This document shows positions 7,255 to 8,719 of a stretch of DNA of 8,719 bases, one piece after another. The DNA lies in assembly GCF_006345805.1 (NCBI RefSeq), contig NW_021828372.1:1-8719 (forward strand), given 5' to 3'. Position numbers and translations under genes: made by a program. The stretch comes from Octopus sinensis (Eukaryota). The number at the start of each line of letters is the position of its first letter. The first letter of the stretch is position 1. The notes under the pieces are model-generated. The model did no database searches, was not told the DNA's origin, and saw nothing but the letters and a program-made list of their open reading frames with translations.

Positions 7255-7402
7255 TATGAGCATTTAAACTTGTCAACATCATAATTTTTAAACATGTTTT
7301 TCTAATTCATAATTCTAAACTTGTCTATTATGAACATTTAAACTTCTCAGTTTTGAAATTTTAAAGATGTTTTACTAATTCACAATTCTAAATTTTTACC
7401 AT
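7255..7402. repeat. ~74-bp imperfect tandem duplication with ~25-bp sub-periodicity
   Basis: Units start tatgaRcatttaaactt at 7255 and 7329. Both contain atgtttt.ctaattca.aattctaaa. Confidence 0.75.
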
Positions 7403-7598
7403 TGATAAACAAAAATATTGTTGAAACTATAAACAATTACAAGTTTTTCAAATTTAGGTGCATTTTCAACAGCAAACTTGCTTATATATATATATATACA
7501 TAAGGAAAAGAATCTGAAAATGCAGAAGTCTTTAAAAGTACTTATTAACTTATGTTATCTTCTTTCATTAAGTTAACTTCATTGATTATACATATATA

Positions 7599-8563
7599 TC
7601 GGGATTGGACAAAATAATGGAAGGACCTAGCATCATAGCATCATAATTTTGAAATATCTATAAAACCGTCAAAAGCTTATTTATTTTTATCTTTTTTTAT
7701 TTATTACTAGCGTTGCTTAATATGTGTTGCTAAAATTACTGTTTCTTTTCAGAAATCACCAGAAAAAAGTGATTAAAATTCATTCAAATGAGAGATCTAT
7801 CGGACTTTCAAAGAGGTTAAATTGTTAGTGCTCGGATGGCTGGTCCTAACGTAACGAAAACAGCCGAGATGTTTGGTGTATCAAGAAGTACTCTCTCGAA
7901 AGTAATGACAGTCTTTGTGAAATATGGAAAAACCTCCTCGTCGAAAGAAAACTCCGGAAGAAAACCAAAACTTTCAGATACGGACCGTCGGACTCTTACA
8001 CGAATTGTTAGAAAGGATCACAAAAGTACAGCTCCCAAAATTACTGCGAACTTAATGACCACCTCGAGAACCCAGTTTTCACAAAACCTGTTCGCCGGGA
8101 GCTGCACAAAGCCGGATTTCACGGAAGGGCTGCAATCAGAAAACCAATACTTTCAAAAACAAACGTTGCAAAGCGTTTAGAGTGGAGTAAAAACCTACAG
8201 AATTGGTCCCTAGAGCAGTAGTAGAATTTTATTTTCTCGGACGAGTCATCCATTAACTTATTTCCGATCACCGGCTGAGTATACGTGTGGGGACATCCAA
8301 AAGAAGCATTTGAGCCAGACCGCCTTCTTCCAACTGTTAAACATGGAGGAGGATCTGTGATGATCTGAGGTGGGAGGAAGCTATATCTTGGAAATCCGCC
8401 GGTCCAATGGTTTCACTTCATGGAAGTATTAATAGTCAAGACTATTTAAGTTTTTTTATCTGATCAAATTCATCCCATGTTTGCGGAGCTGTTTCCGGAG
8501 GGAAACGCAATCTTTCAGGGTAATAATGCACCATTTCACACAGCTAAAGTTGTTACTGAATGA
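7599..8563 (+). mobile_element. Tc1/mariner DNA transposon, 3'-truncated
   Basis: After TA, tcgggattggacaaaataatggaaggacct resembles a Tc1 left TIR. Transposase remnants follow. No right TIR is in the window. Confidence 0.85.
7788..8563 (+). pseudogene. Tc1-like (DD34E family) transposase pseudogene
   Basis: MRDLSDFQRG*IV (stop 7818-7820), then HTH with FGVSRSTLSKV and SGRKPKLS. Frameshift near 8047. Then RKPILSKTNVAKRLEW, IFSDES (first catalytic D at 8240-8242), TVKHGGGSVMI and FQGNNAPFH (second D replaced by N at 8522-8524). Breaks off at ~8563 before the SPDLNPIE motif. Confidence 0.93.
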
Positions 8564-8719
8564 CAGACTGCTAAATTCAAGCCACGACAGACAAAGGGGA
8601 TGTTCTTGAAGCCGAGGATTTTAAACTTACGGAGACCATATTTATATATCGCCCGAGGAAACACAACTAGAACTCATGATGCTGGGAAATAGTTGCCTAA
8701 TCAAGTATCTGCACGTCTG

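Noticed and set aside
7836-8180. 114-aa ORF as an intact gene
   Set aside because: A piece of the Tc1 pseudogene that starts after an internal stop and runs out of frame after ~8047.

Overview
AT-rich, microsatellite-laden eukaryotic repeat DNA with no intact host protein-coding gene. The SINE families look like those I recall from octopus/coleoid cephalopod genomes; that assignment is inference. It contains several tRNA-derived SINEs (one with a perfect 14-bp TSD), a hAT/Charlie-type MITE interrupted by a non-autonomous Helitron, a decayed Penelope-like (GIY-YIG) retroelement fragment and a truncated, dead Tc1 transposase. The most notable signal is a set of minimal type I hammerhead ribozyme (HHR) motifs. 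Two sit in the 3' tails of a head-to-head pair of tRNA-headed, (AAT)n-containing SINEs (4000-4790). A third belongs to a separate inverted element pair (2244-2522), and several partial or relic motifs occur elsewhere. This suggests Pol III-driven, ribozyme-carrying SINEs/retrozymes possibly mobilised by Penelope-like elements. All coordinates were read by eye and element ends are approximate unless stated.
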